Below, piece by piece: positions 48,320 through 57,842 of a DNA stretch of 64,000 nt. The notes beneath the pieces are model-generated. The model was not told where the DNA came from. It saw only the letters and a program-made list of their open reading frames with translations, and searched no databases. The translations under genes were made by a program, and so were the position numbers. Positions within the stretch are counted from its first letter, which is position 1. Every line of letters starts with the position of its first letter. The DNA comes from an uncultured Candidatus Binatia bacterium (GTDB lineage: Bacteria > Desulfobacterota > Binatia > Bin18): positions 2,592,001 through 2,656,000 of the forward strand of contig OZ241744.1 in assembly GCA_965200965.1 (NCBI GenBank), in the 5' to 3' direction.

Positions 48320-48551
48320 ATGCTGAGGGCAGAGAAGCGCTTGTTTCCGCTGGCTGGGAGACCGCGTTATCCACGCCCAGTATGAGCACTGGGGGCTGGG
48401 CGCGGTTGTCGAAGAGATGACCTCAAGCCTTGCCGGCGGCACCTGTCTGGTGCGCGTCCTGTTTGAAGACGGCCAGCAGCGGACCTTTAGTAACGACCTG
48501 GATAGTGAGCAGTGCTGCTACTGCTTTGGCCTGCGGCGCGAGCATCTTTGA
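48320..48551 (+). pseudogene. Small DUF3553-like (SH3-like) gene with +1 frameshift near 48356-48359
   Basis: MLRAEKRLFPLAG, then next frame DRVIHAQYEHWGLGAVVEE...VRVLFEDG...CCYCFG; GGAG SD; 232 nt = 3n+1. Confidence 0.55.
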
Positions 48552-48572
48552 CGCTGCCCGCCCGGCTCGCGC

Positions 48573-48782
48573 TCAGGACTTGGACGGCTGCGATTCCTGC
48601 GCGTCTAAAGGCTCGCCCTTGGGGCCGGTGGGCCGGATAGTGCACTGCTCCAGCGTCTGGAGGGTATGCGGATTCACCCACGGCAGGCCCATAGCGCAGG
48701 GCTTGGCCATACCCTCTTCTTCGACTTCCTCATAGTGCGGGAAGCCGGCCTTGGCAAAATTGATCATCAGACGTTTTCCCAT
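48573..48782 (-). CDS. Small hypothetical protein
   Basis: MGKRLMINFAKAGFPHYEEVEEEGMAKPC... 69-aa ORF divergent from ileS. Confidence 0.5.
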   Translation of the reverse strand: MGKRLMINFAKAGFPHYEEVEEEGMAKPCAMGLPWVNPHTLQTLEQCTIRPTGPKGEPLDAQESQPSKS

Positions 48783-48865
48783 GCCGCGTGTCCTTTGTGT
48801 GTTTGCCCGCCGTCCGTCCAGTCTATACAATACGGTCAGTCTGGCGAGACAAGGACAACACCACG

Positions 48866-51800
48866 ATGAAACCGGTTGCTGAGAATGTCAAGTTCCCCGA
48901 GGTCGAGCTGGAAGTCCTCCAATTCTGGGACGAGGCCAAGGTTTTTGAAAACACGCTGAAAAAAACCCGGGATCAGCAGCCGTTCATTTTTTATGACGGC
49001 CCGCCGTTTGCCACCGGCCTGCCGCACTATGGCCATCTGCTGGCCGGCACGATCAAAGACATCATTCCCCGCTTCTGGACCATGCGTGGCCGCTATGTGG
49101 ACCGGCGTTTCGGCTGGGACTGTCACGGCCTGCCGGTCGAAATGGAAATTGAGCAAGCCCTGGATTTGCACGGCAAAAGCGAGATTGAGCGCTTTGGGGT
49201 AGCCAGGTTTAACGCCGAGTGCCGCAAAATTGTGCTGCGCTATACCGAAGAGTGGGAAAAGACCGTGCGCCGGACCGGGCGCTGGGTTGATTTTCGGAAC
49301 GACTACCGGACGATGGACCTGTCGTTCATGGAAACGGTATGGTGGGCGCTCCGACAGATGTGGGACAAAGACCTGGTCTACGAGGGCTCGAAGGTCCTGC
49401 CCTTCTCAACCCGGCTGGGAACCGTGCTGTCAAACTTTGAGGCCAACCTGAACTACAAAGATGTCCAGGACCCGACCGTCACCGTCCGTTTTGCCGCGGA
49501 CGACGAAGAAAAGACATCGTTCCTCGCCTGGACCACCACGCCGTGGACCCTGCCCAGCAATCTGGCCCTGGCTGTCGGCCCGGACATTGCGTATGTCAAG
49601 GTCCGAGACCATGAGGACGGCACCCATTACATTCTGGCCGAGGCGCGGCTCGCAACCTATTTCCCCAAGCCCGGGACCTGCACCCTTGTCCAGCGCTATA
49701 CCGGGCGGGACTTGGTCGGCCGGGGCTATCGACCCGTATTCCCGTATTTTGCCGAGCACAAACAGCGCGCCGCCTTCCGTCTGATCGCTGCCGATTATGT
49801 CACCACCGAAGACGGAACCGGCATTGTCCACATTGCCCCGGCTTTTGGCGAGGACGACTTCCTGGCCTGTCAGCAGGCCGGCATTGCGTTGGTCAATCCG
49901 GTTGACGACGAGGGAAAGTTTACCGCCCAAGTCCCTGACTTCGCCGGCCTGCACGTCAAAGAGGCCGACGCCAGGATCATCGCCCATCTCAAACGCGACA
50001 AGCAGCTCGTCCACCAGGGCACAATTTTTCACAGCTACCCCTACTGCTGGCGGAGCGACACCCCGCTCATCTACCGGGCGGTGAATACCTGGTTTGTCCG
50101 GGTAGAAGCCTTCCGCGATCGGCTGGTGGCCAATAATCAGCGCACGACCTGGGTGCCAGAGCACCTGCGCGATGGCCGCTTTGGCAAGTGGCTGGAGAAC
50201 GCCCGCGACTGGGCAATCAGCCGCAACCGCTATTGGGGCACGCCGCTGCCGATCTGGAAGAGCGAGGACGGCAGCGAAGTCGTGTGTATCGGCAGCGTTG
50301 AGGAGTTGGCCCAAAGAGCCGGCGTGCGGGTCACTGACCTGCACCGCGAGTATGTCGATGCTCTGAGCTTTCCGTCCACAACCGGGGGCCTGATGCGCCG
50401 TGTCCCCCAGGTGTTTGACTGCTGGTTCGAAAGCGGCTCCATGCCCTACGCCCAGTTGCACTACCCGTTTGACAATGCCGAGCGTTTTTCGCGCACCTTT
50501 CCCGCCGACTTCATTGCCGAGGGGCTCGATCAGACCCGGGGCTGGTTCTATACCCTGATGGTGGTGGCCTCAGCCCTGTTTGACAAACCAGCCTTCCACA
50601 ACGTTGTCGTCAACGGCCTGGTCCTGGCCGAAGACGGCAAAAAAATGAGCAAACGGCTCAAAAACTATCCCGAACCTGACGAGATCATGGCCCAACACGG
50701 CGCGGACGCCATGCGGCTCTATCTCATCAACTCGCCCCTGGTCCGGGCTGAGGAGCTGCGGTTCAGCGAGCACGGCGTGCGCGATACCGTGCGCCGGCTG
50801 CTGCTGCCGTGGTGGAACGCATATAAGTTTTTTGTCACCTACGCCCTGGTTGACGGCTGGAAGCCCGAGCGCGTCCCGGCTGAAGCGTCCCCGAACATCC
50901 TGGACCGCTGGATCGTGTCCCGGCAGCAAACCCTGATCCGGCGCGTCAACGCCGAGATGGAAGCCTACCGGCTGTATACGGTGGTGCCGGCCCTGCTCGA
51001 CTTTCTGAACGAGCTGACCAACTGGTATGTGCGCCTGGGCCGCCGCCGCTTCTGGGCCGGTACCCCGGCGGACAAAAACTTCGCCTGCCGCAGCCTGCAC
51101 CAGGTCTTAGTAACCTTCTCAAAGCTGATGGCCCCGTTTACGCCGTTTCTGGCCGATGCGGTCTACCGCAACCTGAGCACCCTCCAGCCGGAGCGGGCCG
51201 CGGCCAGCGTCCATCTTGAAGACTTCCCCAGCTATGACCCCGCCGCGGTTGATGCCGGCCTTGAGGACGCGGTGGCCCGGATGCAGCGCGTTATCCTGCT
51301 GGGCCGCAGCCGGCGCAATGAGCGCAAGGTCAAGGTCCGCATCCCCCTCCAAACGCTCACCGTTCTCCATCGCCAGGAGTCCGTGCTGAATGACTTGAAA
51401 CCGCTCGAAGGCTATATCCGTGAAGAACTGAACGTCAAAACCCTTGCCTACAGTACAGCCGAAGACGAAAAAGTAGAGTTGCGCGCCAAACCCAACCCGC
51501 AGTTGCTCGGCCCGCGTTTCGGCAGGGCCTTCGGCCAGGTCCGCGAGCAACTGGCGACCCTCAGCCGGGAGCAGATGTTGCGCCTGGAAGCCGGCCAGTC
51601 CTTGCAGTTCAGCGGCCACGCCTTTCAGCCGGATGAGGTCCACATCCTGCGCCAAGCCAAGGATGGCGTCCCCGATGTCCACTCCGATCGGTTTATCTCT
51701 ATTGAGTTTCCGTGCGAGTTGAACGACGAGCTGCTCAGCGAGGGTCTGGCCCGCGAAGTGGTCCACCTGATTCAACACATGCGCAAAGAGGCCGGCTATC

Positions 51801-51997
51801 AGGTCGAAGACCGTATTGCCGTGACCTACCAGGCTGCTCCGCAACTGGCAAGCGCTATTGGTCGCCACCTGAGCTATATCCAGCAGGAAACCCTGGCTCG
51901 GTCGCTCGCCCGGGCGCAGCCGACCGGCGACCGGGTTGAAAGTGGGGATATCGACGGGGCCGCAATTACGCTTGGAGTCCAGCGCGAAGAGGAGTGA
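48866..51997 (+). CDS. ileS: Isoleucine--tRNA ligase, type 2 (archaeal/eukaryote-like)
   Basis: DGPPFATGLPHYGH, WTTTPWTLP, DWAISRNRYWG and KMSKR; long C-terminus without Zn finger. Confidence 0.97.
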   Translation: MKPVAENVKFPEVELEVLQFWDEAKVFENTLKKTRDQQPFIFYDGPPFATGLPHYGHLLAGTIKDIIPRFWTMRGRYVDRRFGWDCHGLPVEMEIEQALDLHGKSEIERFGVARFNAECRKIVLRYTEEWEKTVRRTGRWVDFRNDYRTMDLSFMETVWWALRQMWDKDLVYEGSKVLPFSTRLGTVLSNFEANLNYKDVQDPTVTVRFAADDEEKTSFLAWTTTPWTLPSNLALAVGPDIAYVKVRDHEDGTHYILAEARLATYFPKPGTCTLVQRYTGRDLVGRGYRPVFPYFAEHKQRAAFRLIAADYVTTEDGTGIVHIAPAFGEDDFLACQQAGIALVNPVDDEGKFTAQVPDFAGLHVKEADARIIAHLKRDKQLVHQGTIFHSYPYCWRSDTPLIYRAVNTWFVRVEAFRDRLVANNQRTTWVPEHLRDGRFGKWLENARDWAISRNRYWGTPLPIWKSEDGSEVVCIGSVEELAQRAGVRVTDLHREYVDALSFPSTTGGLMRRVPQVFDCWFESGSMPYAQLHYPFDNAERFSRTFPADFIAEGLDQTRGWFYTLMVVASALFDKPAFHNVVVNGLVLAEDGKKMSKRLKNYPEPDEIMAQHGADAMRLYLINSPLVRAEELRFSEHGVRDTVRRLLLPWWNAYKFFVTYALVDGWKPERVPAEASPNILDRWIVSRQQTLIRRVNAEMEAYRLYTVVPALLDFLNELTNWYVRLGRRRFWAGTPADKNFACRSLHQVLVTFSKLMAPFTPFLADAVYRNLSTLQPERAAASVHLEDFPSYDPAAVDAGLEDAVARMQRVILLGRSRRNERKVKVRIPLQTLTVLHRQESVLNDLKPLEGYIREELNVKTLAYSTAEDEKVELRAKPNPQLLGPRFGRAFGQVREQLATLSREQMLRLEAGQSLQFSGHAFQPDEVHILRQAKDGVPDVHSDRFISIEFPCELNDELLSEGLAREVVHLIQHMRKEAGYQVEDRIAVTYQAAPQLASAIGRHLSYIQQETLARSLARAQPTGDRVESGDIDGAAITLGVQREEE

Positions 51998-52035
51998 ACA
52001 CGTCATCAGATCGAAAGGTGACATGTTCACTCCTT
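51989..52035. repeat. Family 1 element (47 bp) overlapping the ileS stop codon
   Basis: GAGG AGTGAA CACGTCA TCAGATCG AAAGGTGACATG TTCACT CCTT. Confidence 0.85.
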
Positions 52036-52049
52036 GCGGCCAGCCAGCA

Positions 52050-52565
52050 ATGCCGATGAGTACCAGCTTCCGCTCAGCATCCACTATCGTGGTGGCGATT
52101 GTGGCCCTCGATCAGTTCAGCAAGTATCTGATCGATTCCTCCATGACGCTCTACCAGTCGCGCGAGATTATCAGCGGGGTGCTGGCCCTGACCTATGTGC
52201 GCAATCCCGGCGCAGCCTTTGGCCTGCTGGCCCAGGCCCCGGCTTGGTTTCGTCAGCCCTTCTTCTACCTGACCAGCGGGCTCGCGATTGTCATTCTGGG
52301 GATCTTTCTGCGTCGGCTGGGCGAGCGCGAACGGCTGGCCCGGTTGGCCCTGGTGGCGATCCTGGGCGGGGCGCTCGGCAATCTGATTGACCGCATTCGG
52401 TTTGGCTATGTGATCGATTTTGTCGATATCTCATGGCAGGGCTATCACTGGCCGGCCTTTAATGTAGCCGACTCGTGCATCACGCTGGGCATGATCGGCC
52501 TGCTGTGGTCATCGCTGCGCGGCACGGCCTCACCCCCGCCCGGCCAGGTCGCGGTTTTCTATTGA
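52050..52565 (+). CDS. lspA: Lipoprotein signal peptidase
   Basis: DQFSK, NPGAAFG, GNLIDR, VIDF and FNVADS. Confidence 0.97.
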   Translation: MPMSTSFRSASTIVVAIVALDQFSKYLIDSSMTLYQSREIISGVLALTYVRNPGAAFGLLAQAPAWFRQPFFYLTSGLAIVILGIFLRRLGERERLARLALVAILGGALGNLIDRIRFGYVIDFVDISWQGYHWPAFNVADSCITLGMIGLLWSSLRGTASPPPGQVAVFY

Positions 52566-52612
52566 CGTGTTTCAGACGGCTCAGTAACATAGCCAACACA
52601 AGGAGGTGGCTT

Positions 52613-53005
52613 ATGAGGATGCAAGGAGGCGTTCGCGCCGGACAGGACAGCGCCGTCCCACGCAGGGCAGGCATGGTGCTGCTGGCGGCCGTGGCGCTGC
52701 TGGTCGGCTGCTCCCAGCCCTTGAGCACGCGCGAGAAAAGCACAATCGGCGGCGGCCTGATCGGCGGCGCGGCCGGCTCGCTTATTGGTGCGGCAGTAGG
52801 CAATCCGGGCGCTGGCGCGGCAATTGGCACCGCCCTGGGGGCCGGAACCGGTGCCCTGTACGGCGACAAGGTGCAGGGACAAGAGAGCCTGCAGGCCCAG
52901 CAGCAGCAACAGCTCCAACAGAATGAACTGGAACTCCAACGTCAGCGTCAGGAGTTGGAACGGCTCAGGCAGCAGCAACAGCGCCGCTATGACGATGACT
53001 ACTGA
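52613..53005 (+). CDS. Glycine-zipper lipoprotein
   Basis: LLVGC lipobox, GxxxG repeats, Gln-rich coil; AGGAGG SD. Confidence 0.85.
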   Translation: MRMQGGVRAGQDSAVPRRAGMVLLAAVALLVGCSQPLSTREKSTIGGGLIGGAAGSLIGAAVGNPGAGAAIGTALGAGTGALYGDKVQGQESLQAQQQQQLQQNELELQRQRQELERLRQQQQRRYDDDY

Positions 53006-53795
53006 TTGGGCAGTCTGGCGCGAACTCGACCGGTTGATACGATGTGGACTCGCAGCCGGCAGGCAGCGAGTCCACCCCCGCAAACATCGGCCCGTCTTGC
53101 GGGGGCTGGCCCTTGTCGCCGTGCTGCTGCTGGTCGGCTGCTCCCAGCCCCTCACCACGCGCCAGAAGAGTACCGGAGCCGGTGCCTTGCTGGGCGGTGC
53201 GACCGGGGCCATTATCGGTGCCGCGGTCGGCAAACCGGCCGCGGGCGCGGCGATTGGCACCGCTCTTGGGGCTGGAACCGGCGCGATGGTCGGAGACCGG
53301 ATGCAGCAGCGTGACACCGAGATTGCCCAGCAGCAGGGGCAGATCCAACGCCAGAGCCAGGAGCTGGCCCGCAACCGACAACTCCTGGAAGAACTCAAAC
53401 GCCAGGGGCTTGAGGCTGAAGAGACCTCGCGGGGGGTGGTGGTCAACCTGCCGGATGTGTTGTTCCAGTTCGGCCAAGCCAGCCTGACGCCCCAAGCGCG
53501 TAACCGGGTGGCCGATATTTCGACGATACTGAAAACGCAGGCCCAGGGTCGGCGGGTGTCGGTTGAGGGCCATACCGATTCGGTCGGCAGCGAGGAGACC
53601 AATCAGCGTTTATCCGAGCAGCGCGCCGCCAGCGTGGTCGATGCGCTGACGGTCAACGGTGTGGTCCGCAGCCGGGTCAGCGTCAAGGGCTATGGAGAAC
53701 GCTATCCGGTCGCGCCCAACAGCAACCCGGACGGCAGCGATAACCCGAGCGGACGGGCGAAAAACAGACGGGTTGAGGTCGTGATCGAAAATTAG
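52995..53795 (+). CDS. OmpA-family lipoprotein with glycine zipper
   Basis: LLVGC, VEGHTD, NQRLSEQRA and NRRVEV; start uncertain. Confidence 0.92.
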   Translation: MTTDWAVWRELDRLIRCGLAAGRQRVHPRKHRPVLRGLALVAVLLLVGCSQPLTTRQKSTGAGALLGGATGAIIGAAVGKPAAGAAIGTALGAGTGAMVGDRMQQRDTEIAQQQGQIQRQSQELARNRQLLEELKRQGLEAEETSRGVVVNLPDVLFQFGQASLTPQARNRVADISTILKTQAQGRRVSVEGHTDSVGSEETNQRLSEQRAASVVDALTVNGVVRSRVSVKGYGERYPVAPNSNPDGSDNPSGRAKNRRVEVVIEN

Positions 53796-53799
53796 CCCC

Positions 53800-54057
53800 A
53801 TGACGCCGGAACTGACCGCCATCCTCACTGCCACTGTGGCCCTGGCCGGGCTGATCCTGACCGGCAACCGCTCTCTGGGTCAGCGGATGGACCGGCTGGA
53901 GGCGCGGATGGATCGGATAGAAGGCCGCATGGACCGGATGGATAGCCGCATGGACCGGATAGAGGCGCGGATTGGTGGCGTGGAGCGGGAGCAGGCCCAC
54001 CTGGCCGGGCTGCTTGAGGGGCTGCGGGAGGCGATCAGCGGCCACCGGGCGGCCTGA
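53800..54057 (+). CDS. Small membrane-anchored heptad-repeat coiled-coil protein
   Basis: N-terminal TM; 4 x 21-bp repeat (53887-53970) encoding MDRxxxR. Confidence 0.75.
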   Translation: MTPELTAILTATVALAGLILTGNRSLGQRMDRLEARMDRIEGRMDRMDSRMDRIEARIGGVEREQAHLAGLLEGLREAISGHRAA

Positions 54058-54076
54058 GCACCGGCTCAGCCGCTCT

Positions 54077-55498
54077 TTACATCTGCTCTTCTTCGAGGGC
54101 GGCTTCTGCGTCGGTGGCCTCGTCGTCGGCCGCTTCGGCCGGCGCTTCCCAGAAGTCGGCGGGTGTTTTGTTCAGACGCTCAAAGACATAATCCCGGAGT
54201 TCAAAAACGGTCTGGCCGTCCTCGGCCATAGCAAAGGTCCGGGTCATGTCATCGCCGCCGGTCTGGCCGATCAGCAGGCCGGCCAGCTTTTCTTCAGCTT
54301 GGTCATAGGCCCGGATGGTCAGCAGCGGCTCGCTCAGACCATAGCCGCCTCTGTCGTCGGGATTGTCCGCGGCAATAGTAAATCCCTTCAGTTCGTGCAT
54401 GTCGGTGACAAACTGGGCCAGCGCGTTTTCTTTGAGCGTCCCGGCCTGGGTGGCATCGATCTGCCATTGCTCGTCCTCGGCTTGGGTCAGCAGAAACCCG
54501 TCCCCATCCTGACGTTGGACCTCAAGCCGCACGGCCGCCTCCTTGGTAAACCGCACCACCGTCTTGTCCCGAAAGTCGTTTGTAGTTTTATTGAGATCAC
54601 CAAAGGTCCAGTCGCCGACCAGATACAGGACTGCGGCGTCTTCGCGTTTCACATGGCGCTGTTTGGTACCGTGGGCGGCTGATTTTTCACCGCCGACCAG
54701 CAGGCGCAGCGGGGGTGAGGCTTCCGCCACGGTCAGGCCGACCGACAGCTGCGGCGGGTCAAGGCCGAACTCTTTGAGTTCCGGTCCGGGCTGTTCAATG
54801 AAGTCCTGGGCACGCATCCCGCTCAGGGACGACAAAAAGGTGCTGACGGTGGCCTCGTCCGCCGGCCGGTCCTGGTCAAGCCTCCAACCGTCGGCGGTTT
54901 TGCGCAGGATGACCGCCGGCTCGGCTGCCGCGGGGCGGCGCACTTCAATCCGGCTGACCCGCTCCTTGTCAAAGGCCAGGACCGTCTTGTCACGCAGGTC
55001 TTTGGTCTCTTTGGTCATGCCCAGCCGGAAGGACTGGGGGGTGAGCAGAATGCTGTCTTCCCCCGCCCGCTGAACATAGACCGAATAGCCGACCGGGGTA
55101 TCTTTGCCAATGGTGACAGGGGGCAACTCGCCGTCCCCGAGCCTGAGCTGAACGGTGACCGCGGGGGTGTCAAGGCCGTACAACGCCAAGTCCGGCTGGG
55201 GTTCGTCAAGCGTCCGGGAGACCTCGGCCTCGTCCACCGCTTTGACCAGATTTTCGACCGCCGGGCTGTCGGCCCGGGCCTCGATCGGCTGGGTGATGTG
55301 CCAGCCGTCATCGTCTTTTGCCAGGTGCAGCTCGCGATCGGGATAGACCAGGACTACCTGAGTTACGGCTTCCGGGTCAAACTCAAGCAGGGTCTTGGCG
55401 TCTTCTTCGGCCTGCCGGCGGTCCAGATCGATAAAGTAGATATAGCCGCCGAGTCCGAGCAGGACGGCCAGCAGCAGCAGGGTCGAGCGTGGATTCAT
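54077..55498 (-). CDS. DUF4340-domain protein
   Basis: N-terminal TM; three repeats with YGLD.P / FGLD.P and LRDK. Confidence 0.85.
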   Translation of the reverse strand: MNPRSTLLLLAVLLGLGGYIYFIDLDRRQAEEDAKTLLEFDPEAVTQVVLVYPDRELHLAKDDDGWHITQPIEARADSPAVENLVKAVDEAEVSRTLDEPQPDLALYGLDTPAVTVQLRLGDGELPPVTIGKDTPVGYSVYVQRAGEDSILLTPQSFRLGMTKETKDLRDKTVLAFDKERVSRIEVRRPAAAEPAVILRKTADGWRLDQDRPADEATVSTFLSSLSGMRAQDFIEQPGPELKEFGLDPPQLSVGLTVAEASPPLRLLVGGEKSAAHGTKQRHVKREDAAVLYLVGDWTFGDLNKTTNDFRDKTVVRFTKEAAVRLEVQRQDGDGFLLTQAEDEQWQIDATQAGTLKENALAQFVTDMHELKGFTIAADNPDDRGGYGLSEPLLTIRAYDQAEEKLAGLLIGQTGGDDMTRTFAMAEDGQTVFELRDYVFERLNKTPADFWEAPAEAADDEATDAEAALEEEQM

Positions 55499-57066
55499 CG
55501 GCGACTCCACCACACGGCCAGACCGGCCAGCAGCAGGATCTCGGGCAGAATCAGAACCGACAGATAGAAGATGGCCGTTCCCTGCTCCTGGGTGAACTGG
55601 ACCCGTGAGGCCCGCAGGGTGCGCGGCCGGACCGAGATCAGTTCTTCCTCGCCGCCCAGCCAGCTGACGGTATTCAGGAGCAAATCGCGGTTGAAGTACT
55701 GATGGATGTACTGATTGCTGGCAAAGTCGGCGTTGCCAAACACAGCCAGCCGGGCGCTGCCCTCCTGCTCGGTGTCCATCTCTTTGAGGTTGGCGGTCAG
55801 GGCGACGGCGAGCGAGATGGGGCCGAGGCGGTCCTGCTCGTCAATGGCGGCCGTCTGGTTCTGAAAAATGCCCTCCAGGTCGGTCTCGGCCCAGGAGTTG
55901 GGACCGGTCTGGGCCAGACTGACCGGCGACGGCCCGGCCTGCCCTTCTCCATCAGCCGGAACCGGGGGAGCGATCGGCTCGACCGACCGCGAAATGCCAT
56001 ATGAGGTCAGGGCCGCGCCGCCGCGCCGACCCAGTTCAGCGGTGATGGGGTGCTGGCCATAGCTGGTGACGACCGGGGTGAGGGTGAAGGTCCGTCCGCG
56101 CAAGAGTTCAAGCTGTTCGTCCACAATCACATCGTTGCCGACCTGAACCCTCCAGTTCGCCAGGTAGTCTGACAGCTCTGGGGTAACGCGGGGACTGAGC
56201 AGAAAGAGGGCGTGGCCCTCCTGCTTGAGGTAGCGGTCAATGGCCTGGGTCTCGTGGGGCAGCAGCGAACGCTGGGCACCGGCGACAATGAGCACGCTGG
56301 CGTCGTCCGGCACCGCGGTATCTGGAGACAGGATCAGCGTCCTGACCGTGTAGCCTTCATTTTCCAGGGCGACTTTGAACTGGCCGTAGCCCTGGCCCTG
56401 CTCGTTATCCTCAATGCTGGGCTGGCCGTGACCCTCGACAAAGTAGACGGTTTTGGACTCGGCCTGGGCAACTTTGATGATCCCGTTGGTGATCGCTTCT
56501 TCGGAGATGCTGGTCACGACATTCGACCGCTCGCCATACTGTAAATGAATGGCCGGCAGGCTGGCGATCTGAAAGCGCTCGGCCAGGTCCGGGCGGGCGT
56601 CAGGGTCAACAATGGTGAACATCAGCCGGTCCGAGGCATAGCCATAGCTGGCCAGCAGGTCTTCAAGCTGGGGGTCGTCCCCGGCCTGGACAAAGGCGTT
56701 GATACGCAGCTCCCGCTCCAGGCTCTCTACGACCTGCTGCGACTGGGGAGACAGGCTGTAGACCCCGGCCTCGGTCAGATCAAAGCGATGATAGTAGCGT
56801 GTGCCGAGGTAGTTGAGGGCGATCAGCACGCCAAAAGCGACGAGGGAATACAGGGCCGCGTTGGCCCCATATTTTGTAGACCGCTCGCCCAGAAACGTCC
56901 ACAGGCTGTCTTTGGCCGAGGCAAAGTAGCCGATCAGGGCCAACAGGCCCAGCAGGCCGTGGATAAAGACATAGAGCGAGACAACGCGAGTCAGGTAATA
57001 GGCAATGCCGGCAAAGAGGAGCAGGATGACCCCGGCCACACCATAGAAGCCACCGAGATGCGGCAT
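55495..57066 (-). CDS. GldG-like ABC transporter auxiliary protein
   Basis: RFDLT...YSLS, VYFVEGHG and NRDLLLN.V.WL; C-terminal TM. Confidence 0.85.
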   Translation of the reverse strand: MPHLGGFYGVAGVILLLFAGIAYYLTRVVSLYVFIHGLLGLLALIGYFASAKDSLWTFLGERSTKYGANAALYSLVAFGVLIALNYLGTRYYHRFDLTEAGVYSLSPQSQQVVESLERELRINAFVQAGDDPQLEDLLASYGYASDRLMFTIVDPDARPDLAERFQIASLPAIHLQYGERSNVVTSISEEAITNGIIKVAQAESKTVYFVEGHGQPSIEDNEQGQGYGQFKVALENEGYTVRTLILSPDTAVPDDASVLIVAGAQRSLLPHETQAIDRYLKQEGHALFLLSPRVTPELSDYLANWRVQVGNDVIVDEQLELLRGRTFTLTPVVTSYGQHPITAELGRRGGAALTSYGISRSVEPIAPPVPADGEGQAGPSPVSLAQTGPNSWAETDLEGIFQNQTAAIDEQDRLGPISLAVALTANLKEMDTEQEGSARLAVFGNADFASNQYIHQYFNRDLLLNTVSWLGGEEELISVRPRTLRASRVQFTQEQGTAIFYLSVLILPEILLLAGLAVWWSRR

Positions 57067-57071
57067 GGCAC

Positions 57072-57842
57072 TTACCTCCAGCGCAGCGATTCAACCGACC
57101 GCATGGTCAGGAACAGGGCCAGGCCGATCAGGCTGGCGAAATAGACCAGCGCCCGGGTGTCAATGACGCCCTTGACCAGCTCGGCAAAGTGATCAGTGAT
57201 GGACAGATAGGTGAGGATCGGGCCGAGCACATCGCCGGCGTTCTGGGCCGGCCAGCCAATGATGTACAGCAGCAGCATGACGACGAGGCCGCTGACCGCG
57301 GCGATAATCTGGTTTTCTGTCACCGAGGAGGTGAACAGCCCGACGGCCACAAAAGAGGTCGCCATCAGCAGCAGGCCGAGATAGCCGGTGGCCATGACCC
57401 GGACCTCTGGATTGCCGAACACCATAAGCAGAGCCGGGTAGATGGCGGTCAGGCCGATCAGCAGGCCGATAAACACAAAGGAGGCCAGAAATTTTCCCAG
57501 CACAATTTCCGTGGTGCGCAGCGGCGAGGTCAGCAGCAACTCATAGGTGCCGCCTTTTTTTTCCTCGGCAAAGGTCCGCATGGTAATCATGGGGATCAGG
57601 ATGACCAGGATGATCGACAGGTTGTTCATCAGTGGCGCGATCACAAAGTCGTTGAGGTTGAGTTGCTCGGCCGCTCCGGCCTGAAACTGGGTGTAAAGCG
57701 ACAGCAGGAGGTTGAAGCGTGAGAGCAGATTGAAGAAAAACCAGCCGCCCAGCAACAGAAAGCCGGTCAACACCACATAGGCCACCGGCGAGACAAAGTA
57801 CGAGCGGAGTTCCTTGCCGATAATCGTCCAGATGTTTCTCAT
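57072..57842 (-). CDS. ABC-2 permease (GldF-like)
   Basis: KELRSYF.SP.AY, TMR.FAEEK..GT.ELL.T.P and GKFLA. Confidence 0.9.
   Translation of the reverse strand: MRNIWTIIGKELRSYFVSPVAYVVLTGFLLLGGWFFFNLLSRFNLLLSLYTQFQAGAAEQLNLNDFVIAPLMNNLSIILVILIPMITMRTFAEEKKGGTYELLLTSPLRTTEIVLGKFLASFVFIGLLIGLTAIYPALLMVFGNPEVRVMATGYLGLLLMATSFVAVGLFTSSVTENQIIAAVSGLVVMLLLYIIGWPAQNAGDVLGPILTYLSITDHFAELVKGVIDTRALVYFASLIGLALFLTMRSVESLRWR

Noticed and set aside
11174-52035. Repeats as a CRISPR array
   Set aside because: Copies are dispersed, with no regular spacers and no cas genes.
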